Positions 47,861 to 58,722 are shown, counted from the first letter of the stretch. The stretch: 64,000 nt of DNA from an uncultured Gemmatimonadaceae bacterium (GCA_963761305.1 CAVXGK010000002.1:992001-1056000), one strand, 5' to 3'. Notes: a model not told the origin generated them from the letters alone. Translations and numbers: made by a program.

Positions 47861-49621
47861 ATGAGAGCGACACTTGCAGACCTTTTTGGAGGCGGTGCGG
47901 TGGATCGTGTGACGCGGTGGACAGTAGGGGCGATCGCGATCGCTGCGTGCGGCTGTGGCGGATCGACCGCGCCGATTCCGATGGAGTTGTCGCGACCAGC
48001 CGGCATTCGCGAGCTGACGGCCGACGAACAGGTGAAGCAGGCATTGTCCCGATTCACCTTCGGCACGCGCCCAGGCGACTTCGCCCAGGTCGAATCCATC
48101 GGGCTCGACCGCTGGCTTGGCGAACAACTGGAGCCAGACGGACTTGCCGATCCCGTCACGGATTCATTGCTCGCGTTGCTTCCCGTCGAGACTCACTCGA
48201 CAGCCGAGCTCGCGGACGCGTATCCGCCGCAGGATTTGTTCTTGAGATCGGTGCGGCGCGCGCATGGCTTGGCCGACAACGCGCCGTACACGATGACGTC
48301 CGACGACAGCGCGCGCTTCAAGACGCTCAACGATCAGGGCAACCGATTGGGCCAACAGGTGCTCACGGCGAAGCTCCTGCGCGACGCGACGAGCGAACGA
48401 CAGCTCCTCGAGGTCATGACCGACTTCTGGGAGAACCACTTCTCGGTGTTCGCCGGCAAGATGCCGACTCGATACACGTTGGCGTCCTACGACCGCGACG
48501 TGATTCGTGCCCACGCGTTGGGAAGGTTCCGCGATCTGCTCGGCGCCGTTGCTCACAGTCCGGCAATGCTCTACTACCTCGACAACTGGGACAGCCAATC
48601 GGACACGGCGCACCAGACCTTGGGCGAGTTGGAACGGATCGCAAAGGCGCGCACGCCGTTGCAGGTGGAGCAGATTCGCCTCGCCGCCAAGCGGCGCCGG
48701 CAGGGGCTCAACGAGAACTACGCCCGCGAGTTGATGGAGCTCCACACGCTCGGCGTGGACGGTGGCTACACGCAGCACGACGTGCAGGAGGTGGCGCGTG
48801 CGCTCACCGGGTGGACGATTCAGGATCCGCGCTCTGGCGGCGGCTTCGTCTTTCGACCCGAGTGGCACGACGCCGACGCGAAGCACGTCCTCGGCCACAC
48901 GCTTGCGCCGCGGCGCGGCGAAGAGGACGGCGAGGAGGTGCTCGACATTCTCGCCCGACACCCGTCGACGGCACACTTCGTCGCGACGAAGCTCGTGCGC
49001 CATTTCGTGAGCGACGATCCGCCGCCACTCCTCGTGGCGCGACTGGCGGAACGGTTTCGGGAGACGGACGGCGACGTTCGCCAGGTGATCGCCGCGCTGG
49101 TGACCAGCCCCGAGCTGTACAGCCGACAAGCCTACCACGCCAAGGTAAAAACGCCGTACGAGCTCGTCGTGAGCACCATGCGCGCGATGGAGGCGCGCCC
49201 GGACACCGCGGCGCGCGCGACGCAGCTGACGGCGCAACTCGGCCAGCCGATGTTCGGCCGCCTGACGCCGGACGGATGGCCCGACATCGGGACGGCGTGG
49301 CTGAACTCGGGGGCCATCATCCAACGGATCAACTTCGGCATGGGTACCGTGTCCGGCCGAGTGCCGGGCGTCGCGCTGGATCGATGGAGTCCGACACCAG
49401 CGTTGCGACCGCTCCCGTACCCGGCGCAAGTGGACGGCGTGATCAGCGCGCTGTTCGCCGGCGAGGCGTCACCCGACACGCGGGGCATTTTGATGAACGG
49501 ACTGAACCCGCTCGCCGACGCTGCAACGAAAGTCGCCGTCATGAACACCAACCCGAAGCCCGTGCCGTTCGCGCAGCTCGTCGGCTTGGCGCTCGGGGCG
49601 CCGGAGTTTCAGCGTCGATAA
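47861..49621 (+). CDS. DUF1800 domain-containing protein
   Basis: LSRFTFG, QLLEVMTDFWENHF, PAMLYYLDN, LNENYARELMELHTLG, KVKTPYE, PEFQRR; start uncertain. Confidence 0.9.
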   Translation: MRATLADLFGGGAVDRVTRWTVGAIAIAACGCGGSTAPIPMELSRPAGIRELTADEQVKQALSRFTFGTRPGDFAQVESIGLDRWLGEQLEPDGLADPVTDSLLALLPVETHSTAELADAYPPQDLFLRSVRRAHGLADNAPYTMTSDDSARFKTLNDQGNRLGQQVLTAKLLRDATSERQLLEVMTDFWENHFSVFAGKMPTRYTLASYDRDVIRAHALGRFRDLLGAVAHSPAMLYYLDNWDSQSDTAHQTLGELERIAKARTPLQVEQIRLAAKRRRQGLNENYARELMELHTLGVDGGYTQHDVQEVARALTGWTIQDPRSGGGFVFRPEWHDADAKHVLGHTLAPRRGEEDGEEVLDILARHPSTAHFVATKLVRHFVSDDPPPLLVARLAERFRETDGDVRQVIAALVTSPELYSRQAYHAKVKTPYELVVSTMRAMEARPDTAARATQLTAQLGQPMFGRLTPDGWPDIGTAWLNSGAIIQRINFGMGTVSGRVPGVALDRWSPTPALRPLPYPAQVDGVISALFAGEASPDTRGILMNGLNPLADAATKVAVMNTNPKPVPFAQLVGLALGAPEFQRR

Positions 49622-49671
49622 GGACGCGCGTTAGAGATTTCCAAGGCTCATTCCGTCCACCCGTCCACCCG

Positions 49672-52600
49672 CTACGGGATGACGGGCCTCGCCGGCGTAA
49701 TCACATGTGGCGTTCCCGCGAGCGCCTGGTTGATCTTCGCCACGCGACCGGCGACGATCGCATCCAGGCGTGCCTGCGCCTGATCCGCCTCCGTCTTGAG
49801 CTCGCCCATTCGGAGCATCTCGCCCGCGGTGGGCGGCATCATCGGCCGGCTGACCATGCCTGACACCGTCTGCGCCTCCTCGCGCAGACGCGGGTACTGA
49901 CGATAGCCGAGCCCCGGCAGCGGTCGCGCGAGCACCGAGTCGCGGAAGTGGCGGAGATCTTTGATCGTTCCGTCGATGTCGGTCTGCACCTCACCCTGCT
50001 GCGCGATGCCCGAGCCCTGCTCTCGGCGGAGCTGCGTCTGCAGCGACGTCAGTTGCGCGAGGAGATCGTCGGTGCCGGTAATCACGCGATTCACACGAGC
50101 CAGAATGTCGTTGAGTTGCGTCGCGGTTTGGTATTGCGCGGTGAGCTGCGCCGGAGTGATGTCGGATCGCGGATCGATCTCGACCTGAACCGGTTTCGTC
50201 AGCTGCTTGCCGTTGACCGACAACGCGACGGTGTAGACGCCGGGCAGCACGTCGAGTCCGCCTCCTCCGCCCCGGCCGCCGAAGTTTTCGTCGCCGGCGC
50301 CCTGGTCAGGATCGGCTTGCGCCGCGGCGCGCCGGGCGCGGAACGCCGCCAGCGACGTGTCGGCATCGGTCGCCGGCGCCGCCGCGCCGCCGCCGCCGCC
50401 GCCGCGTCCACCACGACCTCCGCCGCCTGCCGGCGCATCAGAGCGAAGGTCCCACGCCACGCGATTCACTCCAGCGTCGTCCGACACGCGGCGCATGCGA
50501 CGCACCGTGCGGCCATCCTTGTCGGTGATCGTGATGTTCACTTCGCTTGCCGGCTGCGACTTGAGGAAATACGTAATCAGCGCGCCCGGCGGCGGATTCT
50601 CACCCGTCCATTTTTTTTGCCCGAGGTTTCCGTCGCGGCTCCAGAGCACCCAGCGCGTCGCCGGGCGAATGTCGAAGAGCGTCGCGTCGGCGGTTTCCGC
50701 GGCCCCCAGGTTCTGAAGCGCCGAGATGTCGTCGATGATGTAGAGACCGCGTCCGTGCGTCGCGAGCAGAAGATCATTGTCTCGCGGATGCACCTGGATG
50801 TCGCGCACCGGCGTTGGCGGCAAGCCGCCGCGGATCGACACCCAGTGCGTGCCCTTGTCCCACGACGCCCACACGCCCATCTCGGTGCCGATGTAGAGCA
50901 GGTCGCGGTTGCGTGGATCCTCGCGCACGACGTGCGTCCAGGCCGCGGACGCCGGCAAGTCGCCCGTGATCTTGTGCCACGTCTTGCCGTAGTCCGTGGT
51001 CATGTACGCGTACGGCGAGTAGTCGTCGTCCTGATGGTGATCGGCCGCGACGTACGCGGTGCCCGCGGCGTAGTGCGACGCGTCGACCGTCGGGATCCAC
51101 GCGTTCGGCTTGAGGCCGGCCACGTTCGTGAAGGTGTTGCTCCAGGTTTTGCCGCCGTCGCGCGTCACCTGCACGTTGCCGTCGTCGGTGCCCACCCAGA
51201 TGACGTTCGAGTCGACCGGCGACGGCGCGATCGTGATGATCGTGCAGTGGAACTCGGCCGCGGTGTTGTCGACGACGATCGGGCCGCCCGAGCTCTCCTG
51301 CTTCTTCGGATCGTTCGTCGTCACGTCGGGCGAGATGACTTGCCACGACATGCCATAGTCCACCGACTTGAACAGCACGTTGCCGCCGAAGTACACCACC
51401 TTGGGATTGATCGGCGACAGCGCGATCGGCGAATTCCAGTTGAAGCGATACTTGTGGCTGATCATCGCGTCGCCCACCGAGCCGACGCGATTCGGATACG
51501 GATAGATCGTCTTCTGCGTCCCTGTGCGCGTGTCGGTGATGTTGATCATGCCGCCCTGGGCGTCGGAGTAGACGAGCCACGGCTTGTCCATCACCGGCAC
51601 CGTGAAGAAGCCGTCACCGCCCGAGACGGTGAACCAGTCGTTCTTACGGATGCCCTGCCCCGACAGCGCCTGACTCGGTCCACACCAGTTGCCGTTGTCC
51701 TGCAAGCCGCCGCATACCATATACGGGCGCTGCAGGTCGAAGTTGATGTGGTAGAACTGCGTGAACGGAAAGTTGTTCACGACCTCGAAGTTCTTGCCGC
51801 CATCGTAGCTCACCTGCCAGCCGCCGTCCGATCCGCTCAGGATGTACTTCGGGTTCATCGGGTCGATCCACATCGCCTGGTGGTCGCCGTGCACGTCGCG
51901 CGCGATCGTGCGGAAGTTCTGCCCGCCATCCTCCGACATGTAGAGCGATCCCGACAGCGAGAACACCCGGTTGGGATTCTGCGGGTCGACGCGAATGTCC
52001 GCATAGTAGAACGGACGGAAGTTGATGTTCGGATCGCGGTTCACGACGCGCCAATGATCGCCGGCGTCGTCCGACCGCCACAGCTCACCTTCGTTCTTTG
52101 TCTCACTCACGACGTACACGATCGACGGATCGCTCGGCGCCACGGCGATGCCGATGCGGTCCATGTCCGTCTTCGGCAGACCGCGCTCGCGATCCTTGCC
52201 CGAGAGGCGTTCCCACGTCTCACCGCCGTTGACCGAGCGATAGACCGCCGTGTTCCCGCCGCCCGACTCGAGATGCCACGCCCAGCGCCGATACGTGTAC
52301 ATGCCCGCGTACAGAATGTTCGAGTTGCCGGGATCGGCCGCGATGTCGGAGCACGCGGTCTGCGAATCGACGAAGAGAACCTTTCGCCACGTCTTGCCGC
52401 CGTCGATCGTCTTGAACACACCGCGCTCTTCGTTCGGGCCCCACTCCCGACCGAGTCCACACGCGTATAGGACGTCCGGATTCTTCGCGTCGATCACGAT
52501 GCGCGCGATCTTGTCGCTCTGCACGAGCCCGATGTGGGTCCAGTGCTCGCCGGCGTCGACGGACTTGTACATCCCATCGCCGATCGACGCGTTGTTGCGC

Positions 52601-52920
52601 GGATTCTCTTCGCCGCTGCCGACGTAGATGATGTTCGGATCGCTCGGTGCGACGGCGATGGCGCCGATCGAAGCGACGGATTCCTTGTCGAAGATGGGCT
52701 TGAACGTGATGCCGCCGTTCGTCGTCTTGATGATGCCGCCGTTCGCGCCGGCGACGTAATACACGTCGCGATTGCCTGGCACGCCGGCCACGACGGAGAC
52801 GCGCCCCGCGTTGTTCGCCGGACCGAGCGAGCGCCAGTGGAGGTTTCGCAGTTGCTCGGGCGTTTGCGCGGTGAGGGACGCGGCGAGAAGCAGCGGTGAG
52901 ACGAGCAACAGGACGCGCAT
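49672..52920 (-). CDS. Large secreted BNR/sortilin(VPS10)-like beta-propeller protein (glycosyl hydrolase-like)
   Basis: WRSLGPAN, many SxDxGxTW repeats, GGLQDNG, ATHGRG. Confidence 0.85.
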   Translation of the reverse strand: MRVLLLVSPLLLAASLTAQTPEQLRNLHWRSLGPANNAGRVSVVAGVPGNRDVYYVAGANGGIIKTTNGGITFKPIFDKESVASIGAIAVAPSDPNIIYVGSGEENPRNNASIGDGMYKSVDAGEHWTHIGLVQSDKIARIVIDAKNPDVLYACGLGREWGPNEERGVFKTIDGGKTWRKVLFVDSQTACSDIAADPGNSNILYAGMYTYRRWAWHLESGGGNTAVYRSVNGGETWERLSGKDRERGLPKTDMDRIGIAVAPSDPSIVYVVSETKNEGELWRSDDAGDHWRVVNRDPNINFRPFYYADIRVDPQNPNRVFSLSGSLYMSEDGGQNFRTIARDVHGDHQAMWIDPMNPKYILSGSDGGWQVSYDGGKNFEVVNNFPFTQFYHINFDLQRPYMVCGGLQDNGNWCGPSQALSGQGIRKNDWFTVSGGDGFFTVPVMDKPWLVYSDAQGGMINITDTRTGTQKTIYPYPNRVGSVGDAMISHKYRFNWNSPIALSPINPKVVYFGGNVLFKSVDYGMSWQVISPDVTTNDPKKQESSGGPIVVDNTAAEFHCTIITIAPSPVDSNVIWVGTDDGNVQVTRDGGKTWSNTFTNVAGLKPNAWIPTVDASHYAAGTAYVAADHHQDDDYSPYAYMTTDYGKTWHKITGDLPASAAWTHVVREDPRNRDLLYIGTEMGVWASWDKGTHWVSIRGGLPPTPVRDIQVHPRDNDLLLATHGRGLYIIDDISALQNLGAAETADATLFDIRPATRWVLWSRDGNLGQKKWTGENPPPGALITYFLKSQPASEVNITITDKDGRTVRRMRRVSDDAGVNRVAWDLRSDAPAGGGGRGGRGGGGGGAAAPATDADTSLAAFRARRAAAQADPDQGAGDENFGGRGGGGGLDVLPGVYTVALSVNGKQLTKPVQVEIDPRSDITPAQLTAQYQTATQLNDILARVNRVITGTDDLLAQLTSLQTQLRREQGSGIAQQGEVQTDIDGTIKDLRHFRDSVLARPLPGLGYRQYPRLREEAQTVSGMVSRPMMPPTAGEMLRMGELKTEADQAQARLDAIVAGRVAKINQALAGTPHVITPARPVIP

Positions 52921-53019
52921 GTTTGCGACCCTCAAAGGCAGGACGAATGGCTTGCGGCGGTCGACGCCAAACATACTGTCAAGTCGGGCGGGCCGCAGTC
53001 GAAACGGCCGGATGACTGG

Positions 53020-54495
53020 TCAGACCACCACGATGCTGCGCCACTTCCCCTGATTGAATCGGACAACGCTGAGCGCGCAGCGCGTGGCGTGGCCGACGAG
53101 GATCGCGAGCCAGATCGTGATCGGCTGCAGCGTACCGAGCCGCGAGTATACGAAGACGATGCCGAGCGGGATGACGAGCTGCGAGACGAGAGAGATGTAG
53201 AGCGGACTCTTGGTGTCGCCGGTCCCCTGCAGGCCGCCCGTGTAGGTCAGAGCGACAGAGATGAACAAGCCGCTCACGCTGAGAACATGAAGCAATTGCA
53301 CGCCGATGCCGACGACGATCGGATCGTGCATGCCGAAGATGGCGAGCAGCTGCCGCGGGATGAGCCAAAAGAGCAGACCGATGAGCGCCGCGCCCATCAA
53401 CCCAAACCGCGCCGCTACGTGCACGCCTTTGACCGTCCGGTCGGGGTGTCCCGCGCCGAGGTTTTGGCCCGCAATTGCCGCCGTGGCGCCGAGAAGTGCC
53501 TGCGACGTCCACGTCACCAGCGAGAACAGCTCGGTGTACGACACGGCGTATGCCGCCTGGGACGCGGCGCTCTGTGCCAGCGAGCCGATGAAGCCCAACA
53601 AGAGCACGCCGCCGATGTTCATCGCGATGCCCTGGACACCGGTCGGCAGGCCAAAGCGGAAGAGCGCGCGAATGATCGGCCAGTCGGGTCCCCACCCTCC
53701 GCGGTGCGCGAACGACACGACCCACCCACCGCGCGCCAACTTCCACAACGAGTAGATGCCGATGAAACCCGATGCGATCGCCGTGCCCATCGCCGCGCCC
53801 CGCGTGCCGAACGCGGGAATCGGTCCGAATCCGCGGATCAGCGTCACGTTGAGCGCGACGTTCAGCACGGTCATCGTGACGCCGAGGATCATGGGCGTGC
53901 GCGCGTCGCCCGCCGCACGGAGCGCGCCGCCGACCATGAAGAAGATCAGCATCCCGCCGCTGAACCCGAACATGATGCGCAAGAACGGCAGCGCTTCATG
54001 CTGCACGGCGGGAGCGGCGTTCACGAGCGACAGCAGGAACGGCGCGAAAAAGTAGCCGAGGGGAGCGAGAACGCCGAACGACAGCACGATCACGGCGAGG
54101 AAGGCCTGATAGACCGTGCGATCGGCCATGTCGCCATCGCCGGCGCCGACGTAGCGCGACACGAGAACGCTCATCCCCATGAACATCGACGACAGGAACA
54201 CGATCACGACGAGAAAGATCTGCAAGCTCACGCCGATCGCGGCGTTCGCCGTGAATCCGACGAGGTTGCCGACGAGCGCGTGGTCGATCATCCCTTGCAG
54301 ACCGCCGATCACGTTCGTGAGGACGCTGGGCCACGCCAGCTTCCATACTGCCGGCGACAGCGCGCCGTCGACGATCGAACGATCGAAGCGCCGCTCGACG
54401 GTCCGCGGCGCCGCCGTGTCAGGCGACGCCATCTCGAGCGCCGCTGCAGGCGCGTCGGGCGAATCCGTGGAGGGCGTCGGGATGCCGCGGCTCAT
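53020..54495 (-). CDS. MATE family efflux transporter
   Basis: KLAWP, RAAGDARTPM, GQNLGAG, QGTGDTKSP; 12 TM segments. Confidence 0.9.
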   Translation of the reverse strand: MSRGIPTPSTDSPDAPAAALEMASPDTAAPRTVERRFDRSIVDGALSPAVWKLAWPSVLTNVIGGLQGMIDHALVGNLVGFTANAAIGVSLQIFLVVIVFLSSMFMGMSVLVSRYVGAGDGDMADRTVYQAFLAVIVLSFGVLAPLGYFFAPFLLSLVNAAPAVQHEALPFLRIMFGFSGGMLIFFMVGGALRAAGDARTPMILGVTMTVLNVALNVTLIRGFGPIPAFGTRGAAMGTAIASGFIGIYSLWKLARGGWVVSFAHRGGWGPDWPIIRALFRFGLPTGVQGIAMNIGGVLLLGFIGSLAQSAASQAAYAVSYTELFSLVTWTSQALLGATAAIAGQNLGAGHPDRTVKGVHVAARFGLMGAALIGLLFWLIPRQLLAIFGMHDPIVVGIGVQLLHVLSVSGLFISVALTYTGGLQGTGDTKSPLYISLVSQLVIPLGIVFVYSRLGTLQPITIWLAILVGHATRCALSVVRFNQGKWRSIVVV

Positions 54496-54593
54496 TCGTC
54501 GCAATCTACGACAATCCCACCCCAACGGCGGCGTCGGCGACGACGGCGGTGGCCAAGCTCTGACCGCGTTTCGGTAGCACGCGGTCACGGACG

Positions 54594-54628
54594 AAAAAGA
54601 ACGCCGGCCCGTCAGGACCGGCGTTCTT
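54594..54628 (-). terminator. Intrinsic terminator of the DUF305-LVIVD operon
   Basis: Minus strand aagaacgccggtcc-tgac-gggccggcgttcttttt. Confidence 0.8.
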
Positions 54629-54646
54629 GCTTTGGCGAACCAATGA

Positions 54647-56698
54647 CTACGGGACCAGGCCGCCCGGAATATCCCGCAACGCCTTCTGGAGCATCCCGAT
54701 TCGTGGCGCATCGCACGAGCTCGACTTGTCGGCGTCGAGCGACGACGCCAAACGCTGCAACGCGTCGCGTCGCTGCGCGCCCGACACGCCCTCGGCTTGC
54801 GCGATGCCCTGGCGCGACGCGGCGATTCGCGATCCCGAGAGACACTTGTTGCGCTCGAGTTGGTCCACGAACGCCTTGGCCAGCGAGAAGCTCGGCGGCC
54901 ACACGATCTTGGGCTGGCCCTGCACGTTGAGCTGGTCCCAGTGTACCGTCTTGGCGGCGTCGATCTCGTTCTGCGACACGTACTCCGTCGGCACCAACTC
55001 GGCCACGTCGAGACCACGCGCGATTTCCGAGCTCACGATCTGGCCGTTGTACCAGTACGCCGACCACGATCCGCCCATGCTGAAGCGCGTCGAGTCGATC
55101 GGACCGCGGTCGAAGTAGGCGATTTCCTTCGGGTGTTTCGCGTCGGAGAAATCGAACACCGAGATGCCGCCCTGGTACCACGCCTGGATCATTACGTCGC
55201 GGCCGGGGATCGGGATGAGCGACCCGTTGTGGGCGACGCAATTCTCCTTGTCCGTCTGGATCGACGGGAGCTTGTAGTAGCTCTGGAACTTGAGCTTGCG
55301 GTCCTCGATGGTGAAGATGGCGTCGGCGCCGAATTCCTTCGGGTCGCCGGCGCGGCATTTCGGCGCGCCTCCCCCGCCCCACTCGTCGGAGAACAGGATC
55401 TTCGTGCCGTCGTTATTGAACGTCGCCGAATGCCAATAGGAGAAGTTTGAATCGACGACGGCATCGAGGCGCACCGGCGCGGTCGGATTGGAGATATCCA
55501 GCAGGAAGCCGTGCCCCTCGCACGCTCCGCCCGCGAGGCCGAGCGCCGGATAGACGGTGATGTCGTGGCACTGACGGAAGGCCGATTCGGAGCTCGTGCC
55601 CGGGACCGGCGCGTTCGGGTTCGGCCCGGCCACGCGGTCGATGATGGCCTGCAAGCCCGTGCGCAGCGCGGCCGTGTCGGCCGACGTCGCGTTCGACGGC
55701 GTGTTCTGCGCCGACGGCGTGCCGCCGCGCGCCTTGATGATGCTGTCGAGCTGCCCGCGGATGAAGAACGGATTGACCGCGAACTCGAGCTTCGTCTGCG
55801 GATTGATGGCGATGAACCCGTTTCCGTGCGTACGCACCGAGTCGACCGCCCGCCTCTGGGCCGACTTGTCCGCGTCCGACAAACCGTGCGTCGGAGGGGC
55901 CTTGAGCTCGCTGAAGATGTTGGCGCGGTTGACGACCGCCGCCTGCTCCGGGTGCGCCAGGGGCACCTTGATGATCTCGATGTGCATCAGCGACGACTGC
56001 GCGTCCTTGTCCGGCGTGACGCTCACGCATCCGGGCAGCTCGCTCCCCGAGCGGATCGGCGCCGAGCCGGAGACGTAGATGTAGACGTTGTCCTTGTCCT
56101 TGAGATCTTCGACCAGCGTGTGCGTGTGCGAGCCGCGGCACGTCTGGACGTTGGCGACGAGCTTCGGGTTCTTGATGTCGCTGATGTCGAACACGCGCAC
56201 GCCGCGCATGCGATCCTTGCTCACCGAGTCAGCGGGGTTGAACTGCCCGCTCGGCTTGCAATCCACGCGACCGTTGAATGCCTCGGCCGACATGAACATG
56301 AGATTCTTGAAGACCGACACGTCGTTCTGCGACGCCGGGCACTGGTACGCGGTGACCAGAGCGGGGTGCGACGGATCGGTCATGTCCCAGACCACCGGTC
56401 CGTTGTAGTTGCCCTGGATGGCGTACCTGCCGACGAAAGCGAGGTCGGAGTTGGTCTGGCCGAGGAAGCCCGGCGGCGAAACCGCCTTGGCGTCGACCTT
56501 GAGGCCGAACGTCGCTTCGCCGGCGTCCATGAGGCCGCCTTTGAGGTGCGAGCGCGCGTCGATGTGCGGCGCGACCTCGCCGGCCTGCATGACCGCGGGC
56601 GTCGGCGACGAAGACGGCGGCGCGTTCGATCCGCCGCAAGCGGCGGCGGCACTCCACGCCGCGACGAGGCTCAGTTGTGCAATGGACGAGACTCTCAT
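54647..56698 (-). CDS. LVIVD-repeat-like secreted protein/lipoprotein
   Basis: AAAAC lipobox-like, NSDLAF, CRGSHTHT, CHDITV, YWHSATF, ENCVAHNG. Confidence 0.8.
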   Translation of the reverse strand: MRVSSIAQLSLVAAWSAAAACGGSNAPPSSSPTPAVMQAGEVAPHIDARSHLKGGLMDAGEATFGLKVDAKAVSPPGFLGQTNSDLAFVGRYAIQGNYNGPVVWDMTDPSHPALVTAYQCPASQNDVSVFKNLMFMSAEAFNGRVDCKPSGQFNPADSVSKDRMRGVRVFDISDIKNPKLVANVQTCRGSHTHTLVEDLKDKDNVYIYVSGSAPIRSGSELPGCVSVTPDKDAQSSLMHIEIIKVPLAHPEQAAVVNRANIFSELKAPPTHGLSDADKSAQRRAVDSVRTHGNGFIAINPQTKLEFAVNPFFIRGQLDSIIKARGGTPSAQNTPSNATSADTAALRTGLQAIIDRVAGPNPNAPVPGTSSESAFRQCHDITVYPALGLAGGACEGHGFLLDISNPTAPVRLDAVVDSNFSYWHSATFNNDGTKILFSDEWGGGGAPKCRAGDPKEFGADAIFTIEDRKLKFQSYYKLPSIQTDKENCVAHNGSLIPIPGRDVMIQAWYQGGISVFDFSDAKHPKEIAYFDRGPIDSTRFSMGGSWSAYWYNGQIVSSEIARGLDVAELVPTEYVSQNEIDAAKTVHWDQLNVQGQPKIVWPPSFSLAKAFVDQLERNKCLSGSRIAASRQGIAQAEGVSGAQRRDALQRLASSLDADKSSSCDAPRIGMLQKALRDIPGGLVP

Positions 56699-56736
56699 GT
56701 GCTTCCTCGGATGGGGTACGAACACAGCATGAACGC

Positions 56737-57387
56737 TCAAGGCGCGACGAGCAGCATCTCGAGCATTCGGTTGATTTCCGTCGTCTGATCGACGTTCACG
56801 TCGGCGGCGAACTTGAACACCATCTCGTCGTTCGCCGCGCCGCGATTGGCGAACAGCTCCTGAACCATCTGGACGGCGCCGCGGTGGTGCTGAATCATTC
56901 CCGTCAGGAAGAGCCGGTCGAACTCGGGCCCGCGCGCGGAGTCGAGCTGCCGCATCTGCGCTTCGGTGAGCATGCCGGGCATCAATACCATATGTGTCAT
57001 GCCGTCCATGTTCATCGCTTCGCCGGCCGGATTGGGCTCCGGCACCGGCTGATTGCGGTCGGCGAGCCACCGACTCATCATCGCGATCTCGTCGGACTGT
57101 GCGTTGATGATTCGTTCGGTGAGGCGTACCACCGCGTCGCTCGCGCCATGGGTCGGCGCCATTTTCGACATCACGATCGCCTGCGCGTGATGATGGATCA
57201 TGGTCGACATGAAGCGGATGTCGGCGGTTGTGTAGGGCCACCGCACGCTGTCGGCTCGGGCTTTGGCCTTCGCCCCTTCGGGGCCGGGGACGAACGCGAC
57301 GCCGCTCGACGGCGCGTGCCCCGCGCAGGCGGCGACGAGCCCGAACAACACAGCGGCCAAAGGAAGACGAAGTCGGAGGCGTGTCAC
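56737..57387 (-). CDS. DUF305 ferritin-like lipoprotein
   Basis: LVAAC; MIHHHAQAIVMS; FLTGMIQHHRGAVQM. Confidence 0.9.
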   Translation of the reverse strand: MTRLRLRLPLAAVLFGLVAACAGHAPSSGVAFVPGPEGAKAKARADSVRWPYTTADIRFMSTMIHHHAQAIVMSKMAPTHGASDAVVRLTERIINAQSDEIAMMSRWLADRNQPVPEPNPAGEAMNMDGMTHMVLMPGMLTEAQMRQLDSARGPEFDRLFLTGMIQHHRGAVQMVQELFANRGAANDEMVFKFAADVNVDQTTEINRMLEMLLVAP

Positions 57388-57519
57388 GGTTTCGAACCGG
57401 TCGGCTGGCGTTCCATCGCTCGAAGAGAATACGACGCGCGCGCAACTTTTGACAGCGGCGGCCGATGGAACGTTGGCGCTGCAGTTTCCTTACATTCGCC
57501 GATAGACTTCGGCGTACCA

Positions 57520-58722
57520 ATGCCAGAGTCAGCCTCGATTGTCGTCATCGGCGGTGGTCTCATCGGCCTCGCCACGGCACGCGCCCTTCTCCTGGCCGAC
57601 GGTTCGCGCCGCGTCACGGTGCTCGAGAAGGAGTCGGCGCCCGGGCAGCATCAGAGCACGCACAACTCCGGCGTGCTGCACGCGGGCCTCTATTACAAGC
57701 CCGGATCGCTCAAAGCCGATTTCGCGGTCCGCGGCATTCGCGCCATGACCGCGTTTTGCCGCGAACATGGCGTTCCGCACGAGATTTGTGGAAAGCTCGT
57801 CGTCGCGGCCGATGACTCGGAGGTACCGCGCCTGCGAACGCTCCTCGAGCGCGGAACGGCCAACGGCCTCGTGGGACTACGCTGGCTCGGCGCTGCCGAG
57901 GCCGCCGAGCTCGAGCCGAATGTCCGTTGTGTCGCCGCGGTGCACGTGCCTGAAGAAGGAATCGTCGATTACGGTCGGGTCGTCGAGACGCTCACCGGGG
58001 AGATCGTGCGCTTGGGCGGCGCTGTGCAGACGAATGCCGGCGTGCGAAAGATCGAGGCTGATGGATCCGCCTGGCGCATCGACACCGACGCAACCGAGGT
58101 TCGCGCCGACGCGTTCATCAATTGCGCCGGCCTGCACTCCGATCGCATCGCCCGGTTGGCCGGAGAACGGACCGATTGCCGCATCGTCCCGTTTCGTGGT
58201 GAGTATTTCATCATCCGACCCGAGCGCCGGTCGCTCGTACGCAATCTGGTGTATCCGGTTCCTGATCCCAACTTCCCATTTCTGGGAGTCCATTTCACGC
58301 GCACGATCGACGGCGAGCTCGAGGCCGGACCGAACGCGGTGCTCGCACTCAGTCGCGAGGGCTACCGCCGCCGCGACATCTCGGTTCGCGACGTCAGCGA
58401 AGCGCTCGCTTACTCGGGTCTCCGCCGGTTCGCCGTTCGCTATCCACGACAAACCTTCGCCGAGATCCGTCGCTCGTTGAGCGCTACCATGTTTTGCCGA
58501 TCGCTCCAGCGGCTCGTGCCGTCGGTCGAGCTGCGCGACCTCATGCCCGGGCCGCGTGGCGTTCGCGCCCAGGCCATTCGGCCCGACGGATCGCTCGTCG
58601 ACGATTTTCTCCTCGTTCAACGTCCGAACGCGATCCACGTGCTGAATGCGCCGAGTCCCGGGGCGACGGCGTCGCTGGTGATCGGCGAGGCGCTGGCGGC
58701 TCGGCTGGCGAGCGCAAGGTGA
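57520..58722 (+). CDS. lhgO: L-2-hydroxyglutarate oxidase
   Basis: IGGGLIG, QSTHNSGVLHAGLYYKPGSLKA, YPVPDPNFPFLGVHFT, NAPSPGAT. Confidence 0.9.
   Translation: MPESASIVVIGGGLIGLATARALLLADGSRRVTVLEKESAPGQHQSTHNSGVLHAGLYYKPGSLKADFAVRGIRAMTAFCREHGVPHEICGKLVVAADDSEVPRLRTLLERGTANGLVGLRWLGAAEAAELEPNVRCVAAVHVPEEGIVDYGRVVETLTGEIVRLGGAVQTNAGVRKIEADGSAWRIDTDATEVRADAFINCAGLHSDRIARLAGERTDCRIVPFRGEYFIIRPERRSLVRNLVYPVPDPNFPFLGVHFTRTIDGELEAGPNAVLALSREGYRRRDISVRDVSEALAYSGLRRFAVRYPRQTFAEIRRSLSATMFCRSLQRLVPSVELRDLMPGPRGVRAQAIRPDGSLVDDFLLVQRPNAIHVLNAPSPGATASLVIGEALAARLASAR

Noticed and set aside
49948..52470. 840-aa plus-strand ORF (and similar long ORFs at 40432-42561, 53089-54930, 30121-31713)
   Set aside because: Codon-aligned antisense shadows of well-supported genes
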